64,000 bases of DNA, from contig OX597827.1 in NCBI GenBank assembly GCA_951406725.2, forward strand, positions 64,666,001-64,730,000, given 5' to 3'. This document shows positions 51,715-64,000 of the stretch, in pieces. The notes below the pieces were generated by a model. It had not been told where the DNA came from and ran no database searches. It saw only the letters and a program-made list of their open reading frames with translations. Positions within the stretch are counted from its first letter, which is position 1. Each line of letters opens with the position of its first letter. Source of the DNA: Octopus vulgaris. Lineage: Eukaryota. The position numbers and the translations under genes were made by a program.

Positions 51715-52012
51715 ATTGGCGATACTCCGTCGGTTACGACGACAAGGGTTCCAGTTGGTCCGATCAACGGAACAGCCTGCTCGTGAAATTAACGTGCAAA
51801 TGGCTGAGCATTACACAGACACGTGTACCATTAACGTTATGAATCTCGGGGAGATTCAGTGTGACACAGAGTGTGACAAGGCTGGCCTTTTGAAGTACAG
51901 GTACAGCAGAACTAGAAAGAAAGAGTCAGAGAAAGTTGTGGTGAAAGAGTACAGCAGGGTTCGCCACTACCACCCCTGCCGGAGCCTCGGCGCTTTCAGT
52001 GTTTTCGCTCAA
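51715..52012 (-). mobile_element. SINE with family C-like core joined to family D 3' body
   Basis: 51905-52012 matches the 22700-22800 core; 51715-51905 matches family D. Confidence 0.75.
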
Positions 52013-52027
52013 TGTAATTAACGAAAA

Positions 52028-52099
<72 letters not shown>

Positions 52100-52100
<1 letters not shown>

Positions 52101-52371
52101 GGGTTAACATGTGACATTATTGACCGAGGTTACCGTAGTATTTTCCGTAGGCTTTTCTTTCCACGGAGAAACCTTATCTGTTTTCCCCTTTACACTTTAT
52201 ATCATGACATCTCTGTGATACACGATCCTTATTGATCGTTTTTTAGTCTTTCCTTTTTACGATCCCTTTTGATCGAAAACCTACCTCCCTTTTTCTTCTC
52301 TCCAAAAATAAAAGCTCTACCTTGTAATTTGTCTCGTCTGTGTTCAGCCCTGTGTGGCATATAAAGAAACA
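52100..52371 (+). mobile_element. LINE 3'-end-like fragment embedded in (TATC)n
   Basis: Flanked both sides by (ATCT)n; terminal CCTTGT..TTTGTC..TCTGTGTTCAGCCCTGTGTGG..TAAAGAAA resembles the SINE A tail. Confidence 0.55.
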
Positions 52372-52420
<49 letters not shown>

Positions 52421-52902
52421 GTTAATGTTTACAATTAAAAAGACATCCAGACGGATCGATAGATACATGGCTCGACCAATATAAGTCGGACTTCAAGGTC
52501 TTGCTTTTGTGAGAAAATAAACTGGGTTTAGAAACAAACTGAAACACGCCGTTTAGACACACCATTCATTTACTTCGCAAGATTTTCATATTTTCTTTTT
52601 GTATCTGAAATATAGTTAAACCAAAACTGGACTTTGCATCCACCGTTTCTCTCTTTCTCTCTCACTCCCGCTCTGAATCTTTATGTACATACATACATAC
52701 ATACATACATATATGAGTGTGTGTGTGTGTGTGCACGTGCACGTGTGTGTGTATGTGTGTATATGTGTGTGTGTACATAATTACGCATTAAAACGTCACG
52801 CTGTAATTAGCTTAACATCAAAGATGCTGTCAAGTTATATATGTTTGTGTATGCGAGTGTATATTTCGCATATATACATAGAAACTTTCATGCATACATA
52901 CA

Positions 52903-52936
<34 letters not shown>

Positions 52937-53134
52937 CACACACAAACATATGTACATACATACATGCATATATATTTATATAGATATATGTACGAACATA
53001 CTGTGTAGGTTCTTGTTCATAATTATACACACACACGCACACATACACATGTATGTATGTACATATATATGTATGTATAAAAGTTATCTTTGTTTATATC
53101 GTACATAAAATCGTTATCCAATCATCCAGTTTCT

Positions 53135-54046
<912 letters not shown>

Positions 54047-54506
54047 TATGTATGTATGTCTGTATATGAGATGTGCGTGTTTATTTACAGATGTACAAGA
54101 ATATACTTATAGACAAACAAAGACAAGTGTCGGGCAACACAGTCTCGCTCGCAATGAAGCATCGTCCAACGCAAACACACATACACTCATCATAAACATG
54201 TGTGTATGCGCTGCCAACGAAATATTTGCTGACGTGGCTTAGTTTGGTTGACTGATGTCAGTACTGTGACTTTGTTATTGATTAAGACAAATCATTTCAC
54301 AGATAGCTCTCTTGTGGCCACGAATATAAACTATAGAAGCAAAGAACAACAACAGCAACAACAACAATATCAGTAGCAGCAGCCACCACCAAAGTCACTT
54401 CTGGTTGCAACAATAGCAATAAAAACAACCATTAAACAATCAAAATCTACGTATTTAATGAGTAGCCATAGTTGTGTTTATTGATGTTGTATTCGCTCTG
54501 CTTGTG

Positions 54507-55290
54507 AAGGCGCACGGCTCAGTGGTTAGAGCGTCGAGCTTACGATCGTGAGGTTGTGAGTTCGATTCCCGGACAGGGCTGCGTGTTGTGTTACTCTTTT
54601 ACTTATTTCAGTCATTTGACTGCGGCCATGCTGGAGCACCGCCTTTAGTCGAGCAAATCGACCCCGGTTTGGTAGGCAAGACACTTTTTTTCACGTAGCT
54701 CCAGTTCACTCAGCTGTAGAAATGAGTTGCGACGTCACTGCAGCCAAGCTGTATCGGCCCCTATACCTTTCCCATGGATGACATCAGTGGTGTGGAGACA
54801 GGAGGCCAGTATGCATGGGTAACTGCTGGCCTTCCAGAAACACTCTTGACCGGACATGTACCTCGGAGGGTAACTTTCTAGGTGCAATCCCATGGTCATT
54901 CATGACCGAAGGAGTCTCCCCATTCACTCTGCTTATTTTTATGATTGTGAAGGTGCATGGCTCAGTGGTTATAGCGTCGAGCTTACGATCGTGAGGTTGT
55001 GAGTTCGATTGCCAGACAAGGATGCAATCTCATGGTCATTCATGACCGAAGGGGGTCTCCCCATTCACTCTGCTTATTCTTATGATTGTGAAGGCTCATG
55101 GCCTGGTGGTTAGCGTGTGGCGTTCACAATCGCGAGACCATTGTTTCAATTCTTAGACCGGGCAGTGTATTGTGTTCTTGAGCAAAATGCTTCATATTTA
55201 CGTTGCTTTGCGATCATTTCGACATGTGACGTGAGGCACATTTGTGCACCTGTTCAGGCAGCCTCGTTGTGATGGAGGAAATGAACTTAC
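54507..55290 (+). mobile_element. SINE cluster: family E with a nested family B fragment (54593-54667, minus), local duplication and two further heads
   Basis: tRNA-like heads at about 54509, 54951 and 55092; TGCAATC.CATGGTCATTCATGACCGAAG..CCATTCACTCTGCTTAT at 54883 and 55023. Confidence 0.75.
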
Positions 55291-55621
55291 GTGCAGTACG
55301 AACATTTGATTACTGTGAAAAATTCTCTTTGCCTTTTGCTCAGCATGAACTTGCTGAATTGTCTTTCTTGATCCCGATATATTACTATTACTCTTATTGT
55401 TACAATGATATCTGTCGGTGAGATGGCAGAATCGGTACTACACCATATTAAATCATTAGTAGCATTTCTCAACGGCTTTACGTTGACTCAGCCTTCCATC
55501 GTTTCGCGAAACATAAAGTACTAGTGAAATACTAGTGTCAATACAGTCGTCTTTCTCTCCCTTCCGAATCTGCCGAGCTTGTTCCAAGTTTGAAACCATT
55601 ATTAATCTCATGGTTATGATG

Positions 55622-55762
55622 ATCCTCCACTACTTCTGCTTGTGATCATAAATGCACATATCGCCAGCCACTAAGGGACATGCTCAACTGGTTAAGGTCA
55701 AACAACTGACAAGCAAATCTCTGGTATTAAGCAGAATATTTGCTGTAGCCCATCTTTTATAC
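55622..55762 (-). mobile_element. Family F internal fragment
   Basis: Matches 56278-56421. Confidence 0.8.
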
Positions 55763-55810
55763 CTAATTCCAGCCTTTGTGCCTATAGTAGAAAGGATTAT
55801 TATTATTTTA

Positions 55811-55909
<99 letters not shown>

Positions 55910-55949
55910 GCTATTGTTATTGTTATTATTATTATTTTTTTTATTATTA

Positions 55950-56505
55950 TTGAGTGAGAGAGCAGTTCATGCCATCAAAGTGACACTGGGGTAAAATATA
56001 CGAAGCCCAATATACCCATCATAACTACCCGTCTGATAAAGGTACACCAGGCACATGCATCACAACCACATGTGCGCGACATGGTGATCTCATATCAAGA
56101 TAAACAGCACATGACCTTGCAGGTGGGGCCCAGTTAGAATTTTCTTCAGGTTGAGTAGCCCATCCCGCTCAAAAGGTCCCTGAATAAGGGTTGTTTAAGG
56201 ATGTAGAAAGAACCACCCATGTTTCCAGAGGCGAACTATTCAAACCCCAAAGAATCCCTCTCAATACATGGCTATGATGCTCCCCCACTACTTCTGCTCG
56301 TGATCAGAGATGCACATATCGTCAGCCACTAAGGGACATGCTCAACTGGTTAAGGTCAAACAACTGACAAGCAAATCTATGGTATTGAGCAGAATATTTG
56401 CTGTAGCCCATCTTTTATACCAAGACAAAACAATGTACATGATAACACTTCCAATCAGTTAAGATCAGAAGCCATGAGAGCCACTGCCTGGTACTGCATC
56501 AGGGC

Positions 56506-56509
<4 letters not shown>
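55950..56509 (-). mobile_element. Family F element, full length (560 bp), in (ATT)n
   Basis: Reverse complement of 60061-60620 with the same ends; (ATT)n on both flanks. Confidence 0.9.
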
Positions 56510-56536
<27 letters not shown>

Positions 56537-56559
56537 GATATTATTATTATTATTATTAA

Positions 56560-56634
<75 letters not shown>

Positions 56635-57284
56635 TGTTGTTGTTGATATCGCTGTTTATTTTTCTACTTCAATATTTATTACTTTTATCTCCGTTTGATT
56701 TTACAGCGTCTGCACATGTTATTGTTGTAGTTGTACTAGTAGTTTTTTTAGTATTGGTAGTAGTAGTAGTAGTAGTAGTAGTAGTTGTTGTTGTTGTTGC
56801 TGTTTGTAATGGTGGTGGTGTTGCAAATGTTTAACATTTGGATGATTATGTTATTGAATCATACGTTGTTGTTGTAATTGTTATAGTTGTTGTTGTGGTT
56901 GTTGTTGTTGTTTCTGTAGCTTCTAAAGCAATATAAACAATTTAGATACTGTAAATTAAAAACCAAGATGGGTATGAATAATTAAATAGCAAATTAAGTG
57001 TACGACGTAAAACGCACATCTACAGACATAAATACAAAACTGGCCTAAATTCATACTTACAGACGCATGAGCGTGCGCGCGTTTGTTTAGGTGAGTGTGA
57101 GTAAGTGTGAGAGTGAGTGTGTATGTGTGTGTGTGCGTGTGTGCGTCTCTGTACTTGCGTTTATGGTGCATGACTGTGAATGTATGCACGTAATATATTA
57201 TTTCTGTATCACAATAAACATAAATATTTAGCAGTTGAATATTCATGCACACACACACACAAATACACACACTCACGCACGCAC

Positions 57285-57318
<34 letters not shown>

Positions 57319-57456
57319 GCACGCACATACACACACAGACACACACACACAGATACACACACACACATACACATACACACACACACACACAAGAATTTTT
57401 TGCGTAATGAAATAAAAAAAGCAAGGCTGTGTAGATATTAGAACATTTATAGATAG

Positions 57457-57508
57457 GTCTTACATCTGTTTCCAGGATATTTATTAATTATATCCCTTCA
57501 TCGGAGAC
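57457..57508 (-). ncRNA. Hammerhead-like motif, U4C core
   Basis: Minus strand GTCT-CCGATGA-A-GGGATAT..ATATCCT-G-GAAA-CAGATG-TA-AGAC. Confidence 0.65.
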
Positions 57509-57660
57509 GGTGTGAGAGGATGGTTAAGTAATAGTTAATTTATATATATATATAGGACAAATAGATAGATGTTTGTATCTATAATGTTATATGCCTCTTT
57601 TTATATATACATATATGTATATGTGTGTGCATGTGCGTGTTTGTCTGTTTGACTGTATGA

Positions 57661-57703
<43 letters not shown>

Positions 57704-57729
57704 AATATATATATATGAAAAAACAAGTC

Positions 57730-58668
57730 AGGATAGAAAATGCTAAAATAATTTTATAAAGAGCATTTCAGTACCGGTTTCAGTCATTGCGACTTTTTCA
57801 ACTGTAACAATCAAATAATTAAATTTAGAAAATTTAAAAGGAAAGATTTTTTAAAAGAATATTTGTGTAGTGTTCAAATATAAGTGGCATTTTCCTTGTT
57901 TCTGCCTGTCTCTGTCTGTCTCGTTTACTCTTGTGGGTTCGAGGTCGTTGTGAATTCTTGGTAGGGAAGAAGAAGGAGGAGGAGGAGGAGAAGGGGAGGA
58001 AGAAGACGAATAATTTGGGAGTGCCATGATTGTAGTATTTTGAATGGTCAGTGGAGGTTGCTGTTCAATTCATGAAAATATTTCTGTTGAAAGTTTTGTT
58101 TGTAGAATTTGCGTGTTATACAAAAAGCATTAGTGATAAAGTTAGGAAGGAGAAGGAAGGAGAAGGGGGAGAAGAAGAAGAAGAAGAAGAAAAAGAAGAA
58201 GAAGATGATGATGATGAAGAAGAAGAAGAAGAAGAAGAAGAAATGAAGAAGAAGAAGGGAGAATATGAATGAGTGAAAGTAGTGAGGTGTTGGATGACTT
58301 AAAGTTGGTAAGTTATGGATTATAGCTGTGATTGGAGCTGATTTTTCATGGATTCTTAGGAATGTAATATTTGCGTGTGTATTTGTGTTATTCTAAGGCC
58401 GAGGTGGATATGTCGTTTGTCGTAGATGCGTTCAGAAGGGGCCTGTATTTTGTAATAAAGAGAGTTTCTTTACTAATTCGTTGGCTCCATGTTGTATCGT
58501 CCATGAATTGGTAGAGGGGAAAATCCTGAAGCTTGGAGTTTTGTTGTTGGTGCAAATGTCTATGTGTTGGCTGAATGCTATTTTTCGGTTTTGGGCAATT
58601 TCTATCTGGGATCTGTGCAGGGCCATTCCTTTACGTAAACTATTTTTCGTTTGGCCTATATATTGCTC
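57730..58668 (-). pseudogene. Penelope-like element 3' portion (GIY-YIG endonuclease relic at 58430-58668)
   Basis: EQYIGQTKNSLRKGMALHRSQI..FSQHIDIC..FRIFP / YQFMDDTTWSQRISKETLFITKYRP (frameshifted), with a hammerhead downstream. Confidence 0.85.
57769..57804 (-). ncRNA. Minimal hammerhead ribozyme, U3-A8 variant, in a Penelope 3' region
   Basis: Minus strand CAG-TTGAAAA-AGTC-GCAAT-GACT-GAAA-CCGG-TA-CTG. Confidence 0.7.
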
Positions 58669-59273
58669 ATATATATATATATGATAATAATAATAGTAGG
58701 GAATATAATTACAAACTTTTACTACTATTTACTATTTCTTGTTTACGTACTTTATTGATTTTTAGAATAAGGCTTTTATAATATATGTTTTCTATTTGGT
58801 GTGAATAACGTCTGTCACTATTTAATTGTTTAATAGAGGTTTGTCTCTAAATTATATATATATGTGTATACATGGTGTATGCATGTATATATGTATCCTC
58901 ACACATACATATGCATGCACACATGTGCACGTATATATCTGCATATATAAGTATTCATGTACAGTCATGCAGACGACGAGACCTCGAAGATGCAATGGGC
59001 ACGTTGGAATGCGTATTCGTAAGTAGAAGATGTGTTCGAATCAAAGTCAGACAATTTCTTCATAAACATCGTCCTACTTACGCTCTTATGTACCAGTGAG
59101 AGGTTGTCTACAACGAAGACAGAGAGAATCGATTGGGTTTGGTGGAAAGGGCCATGAGGATATCCATAGTAAAAATATCATGGCGAGAGCATATCCGAAA
59201 CGAGATAATTCGAGATAAAATGAGAATGTAAATCAAATTAAAGTTCATAAAATGCTACTTCATCACAATCCTA

Positions 59274-59355
<82 letters not shown>

Positions 59356-59762
59356 TTGTTTTTATTATTATTATTGTTGTTGTTGTTGTTGTTATTATTA
59401 TTATTATTATTATTATGAACTTGAGCTTATACATTTTCGTATATATTTTTCCTGTGGCCATGTTCGTAAGTATGGATACTTGCTTCTGTTTGCACACGTG
59501 TGTGTATGTGTTTGTGCGTTTGTGTGTGTGTGTTTGTTTGTGTGTGTGTGTGTGAATTTATTATTATTTGCGAAATGCCGAGAACAGAAGAAGCAGGTGA
59601 CGTGGATTCTTGCAACAGTCAATGATTTAAATTATTAACGAATCTGTCTTTCAAATTTTGATCAGAAATCAGCTCATAAATTAACAAAAAAATAAATAAT
59701 AACCACTCCAGATAACACTGTAACAACAATAAAACTAGTAAGAAGAACAACAACAATCTGTA

Positions 59763-59809
<47 letters not shown>

Positions 59810-59832
59810 TGATGAAGATGATGATGATAATA

Positions 59833-59879
<47 letters not shown>

Positions 59880-59977
59880 AAAAATGATGATGATAAAAAA
59901 AAATAATAATAATAATAATGATAATAATAATAATAAAAATAAAAATAATGATGATAATAACAATAATAATAATAATG

Positions 59978-60060
<83 letters not shown>

Positions 60061-60064
<4 letters not shown>

Positions 60065-60618
60065 GCCCTGATGCAGTACCAGGCAGTGGCTCTCATGGCT
60101 TCTGATCTTAACTGATTGGAAGTGTTATCATGTACATTGTTTTGTCTTGGTATAAAAGATGGGCTACAGCAAATATTCTGCTCAATACCACAGATTTGCT
60201 TGTCAGTTGTTTGACCGTAACCAGTTGAGCATGTCCCTTAGTGGCTGACGATATGTGCATCTCTGATCACGAGCAGAAGTAGTGGGGGAGCATCATAGCC
60301 ATGTGTTGAGAAGGATTCTTTGGGGTTTGAATAATTCACCTCTGGAAACATGGGTGTTTCGTTCAACGTCCTTAAACAACCCTTATTCAGGGACCTTTTG
60401 AGCGGGATGGGTTACTCGATCTGAAGAAAATTCTAACTGGGCTCCACCTGTAAGGTCATGTGCTGTTTATCTTGATATGAGATCACCATGTTGCGCACAT
60501 ATGGTTGTGATGCATGTGCCTGGTGTACTCTTATCAGACGGGTAGTCATGATGGGTATACTGGGCTTCGTATATTTTACCCCAGTGTCACTTTGATGGCA
60601 TGCTCTGCTCACTCACTC

Positions 60619-60620
<2 letters not shown>
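60061..60620 (+). mobile_element. Family F element, full length (560 bp), in (AAT)n
   Basis: AAATGCCCTGATGCAG...CACTCAA flanked by (AAT)n on both sides. Confidence 0.9.
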
Positions 60621-60660
<40 letters not shown>

Positions 60661-60999
60661 CCGTTCTTCTGTAGGCACAAAGGCTGGAATTTGGTGGAGG
60701 AGGAGGATAACAATAATAATAATAACAGGACATAACAAAAGGTGTGTTTTGACTATGGACGAATTGAATCAAGCTGGCGTGTGTGGAAATGAAGCCTTGC
60801 GACAGAGATACAAGATTTCACAAGCACAGGGAAGAATATCGATGTTGCACGGACAACGGCCAGACCAAGAAAGAAAGAACAGACTTGGCCGAACGCCGGT
60901 CACGTGGGAAGAGAAGAGAGAGTAGTAGAAGCAGAGGAACAGAATAATTAAGGAGAGGCAACATACATACATACTTACATAAATGCGTATATTAATGCA

Positions 61000-61765
61000 G
61001 CAAGGTGGCTGTACAAAATGCTGTACAAAGTGCTTAGCAACATTTCTTCCAGTTCATTGCGTTCTGAGTTCAATTTCCACTAAGAACGAGCTGGCATTTC
61101 ATATTTTTAGCATCGATAATATAAGTACAAGTTGAGCACTGGATCCAATATATTCGACCTGCCCATTTCTTAAAGAGAAAAAAATAATTGCTGGTCCTGT
61201 GCCAAAATATTTGGATTACTTTCCACGACGCTCTTTTCTTAGAAACCACATCTACGAGGAGGGGCTGAAAATTCCTGGTTTGAGGGTATCGCAAAAGGCC
61301 TGGTTGGATTCCCAAAACTCCAGGTTCTTTTGCAGGGCTTAGAAAAACTGAAGGGCCGCTGCAATAAGTGTGTGAATCTGAGAGGGGAATATGTTGAATA
61401 AAATCATAATTAACTGATCCTCCTGTATTCTCGTTTACCCAAAGCCTTTCATCCTTTCTGGATTCATAAAATAATTACTAGCTGAGCCCTGGATCGATGT
61501 AATCTACTCGGCCCCTTTCTCCCGATTTGCTGGCCTTGTGCCGAAATTCGACTTAGCCTTTCGTTCTTTCGGGATTGATAAAATAAGTACCCGTTGAGTA
61601 CTAGGGCATTTGGTTCGTCTTTACTTACTAAGATCAAATTTCGTCGGGATCTGACAGGCATTCTGTCCCATCAAGATCGATAAAATAAGTACCAGTTAAG
61701 TACTGGGGTCGATGTAATCGACTTAGGCCCTCACCTCCGAAATTCCTGGCCCTGTGCCAAAATTT
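61000..61765 (+). mobile_element. Cluster of old SINE A fragments with a family G mariner MITE (61253-61447)
   Basis: Repeated GATAAAATAAGTACC..GGCCTTGTGCC tails; TACGAGGAGGGGCTGAAAA TIR and FLQGLEKLKGRCNKCVNLRGEYVE* relic. Confidence 0.7.
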
Positions 61766-62533
61766 GTAACTAGCATTGTAACTATATTTCAATTTTCTGC
61801 CCTCGCATAAATACTCGCTTTTCCTTTACATGTATCATTAATACAACCAAACATATCTGTAAATTTTATGCATTTGTGTATGTGTGCATCCGTGTATATG
61901 TAAGGCAGTGCAAGTGCATTTGTGCAAGTGCATTTGTGCAAGTGCATTTGTGCACGTAAACGCTTCCTTAAAAAATGGTAGCAAAATTGTTCAAAAGACG
62001 GATGAGCTTTAGAGATTCATATATCAGAGCTATAAATACCGAATAGTAGGATAAAGTATGGAAACGCTTACGCAGCAAATGACGCGAGTAGATGGTCGGT
62101 GTTGCGACTTGAATTATGACTTGGGAGGTAATAGCTACCTATCCATTTACCCAAGGCCCTCGCTTTTCTATCTACTTATATATACATATATGTGTGTATG
62201 TGTGTGTATGTATGTATTTGAGAGTGTGTATGTATATGTGTGTGTTTGTGTATATACGTGTGTGTGTATGTATATATGTGTGTATATGTATATATATATA
62301 TATATATGTGTGTGTGCATGTTTGCCTGTGCGTATACATGTGTTTGTGTGTATGCACATATGTATGTTTGTGTGTGTGAATATGTGCAATACAGGTGTAG
62401 AACTGTCTTATTGAGCACGACGTCTAATCTATATTTAAGATTCTGTGATATATTCTACGGGATCAGTTATATTTCAGTGGAACAAAAGCAAAAAATGTAT
62501 CGCCACACTCGAGATACACACACACCACACAAA

Positions 62534-62640
<107 letters not shown>

Positions 62641-63195
62641 AATTTTTATATACAAGTATATATGATAACACGTACTATAGCATACAAACTTATGCATATA
62701 CTAGTAACCTTGCAGATCTGAGCGACTGCGTGCGTGTACGTATGTAAAGTATGTATAAAAGTATGTACATATATGGCTATTACAATCAATACTGCTTGCC
62801 AATAAATCACACACATACATAACGATACGTTCCACCGTCTCACTCCTTTTATGCATATGTATACACGTCCACACACGCACACACACCCACATGTATACAA
62901 GTATGTACTCATACAGCCATATATATATGTATATGTAAATATATGATATATATATACATATATATATACATATTACGTATATATGCACGTACATGCACAC
63001 ACGCATATATATATCTATGTATTTATGTATGTATGTATGTATGTGTATATATATGGATGTATATATATATATATATATATACATATATAAGCATATATAT
63101 ATTCATATATATATTTAAGTAAATATATATTCATTTATATATATGTATGTGTATATATATGGATGAATGTATATATATATAAGCATATTTATATT

Positions 63196-63278
<83 letters not shown>

Positions 63279-64000
63279 TGGTTGTGTAGTTCAACACCAA
63301 CATATGCTCACATTGATTATTCTTCTTTGTTTTTTTGTTTTTTTTTTCAACATAAAGCACAGACGTTAAAAGTGTTATGAGAAGAGTAATATTGAAATTA
63401 TTGGTTATTGATGGTCGAATATATATTGTAAAGAGATTTATAATCCCTAAGGACATGCCAAACTTTGGATATTAGTACATTCAACTGAATCAGTCTTACA
63501 TTAACATTGTTTGATACACAGGAAACTAAGCACATACATTTATTCATATCATTGTTTGCATATACTTACGTACATGCCCACACACGCATGTATATATATA
63601 TATGTATGTATGTATATATATATATATCTATATATATATATGAATGTATATAAAATAATGTCATTTATATAATACTTGATTTTATCTTCTAAGGATATAT
63701 ATATATATATATAAAGATTGTATGTCTTTGTGTTTGTACATAAATAATAAGGAGGGGCGACATACATACATACATACATACATACATACACACATACATA
63801 CATACATACATACATACATATGTACATTGGAAGAATAATGACAAGTGAGAGTACATTTATGTGTCCATGTATTACACACATATACACAAATGCACACATA
63901 CACGCACGCACACACAGAGAATCACACTCACACACGGAAATATATGCACACAGTCGCACACACATAATATCTTTGTGTACATATGTTTGTATTGATATAT

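Noticed and set aside
55950-60620. Composite DNA transposon with 560-bp TIRs
   Set aside because: The same element occurs solo and 5'-truncated at 35137, there is no transposase inside, and independent insertions are the simpler explanation

Overview
AT-rich, repeat-saturated eukaryotic intronic or intergenic DNA. The microsatellite load and the mix of tRNA-SINEs, Penelope, Dong/R4, RTE and mariner elements suggest an octopus/cephalopod genome (inference). I see no intact protein-coding gene: nearly all listed ORFs are translated microsatellites, and the only recognisable peptides are transposon relics (two Dong/R4 REL-endonuclease fragments, two Penelope GIY-YIG C-termini, an RTE fragment, mariner transposase pieces). 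The most notable hidden layer is about 16 minimal type I hammerhead ribozyme motifs, some intact and some degenerate. They include U3-A8 and U4C core variants, a tRNA-headed SINE family carrying a hammerhead, and hammerhead-like motifs inside long fold-backs. Other notable items are a divergent 28S rRNA-like fragment, retroelements embedded in specific microsatellites, a TTCN3GAA motif cluster and several unusual tandem or inverted repeats. All folds and alignments were done by eye, and element boundaries are approximate.
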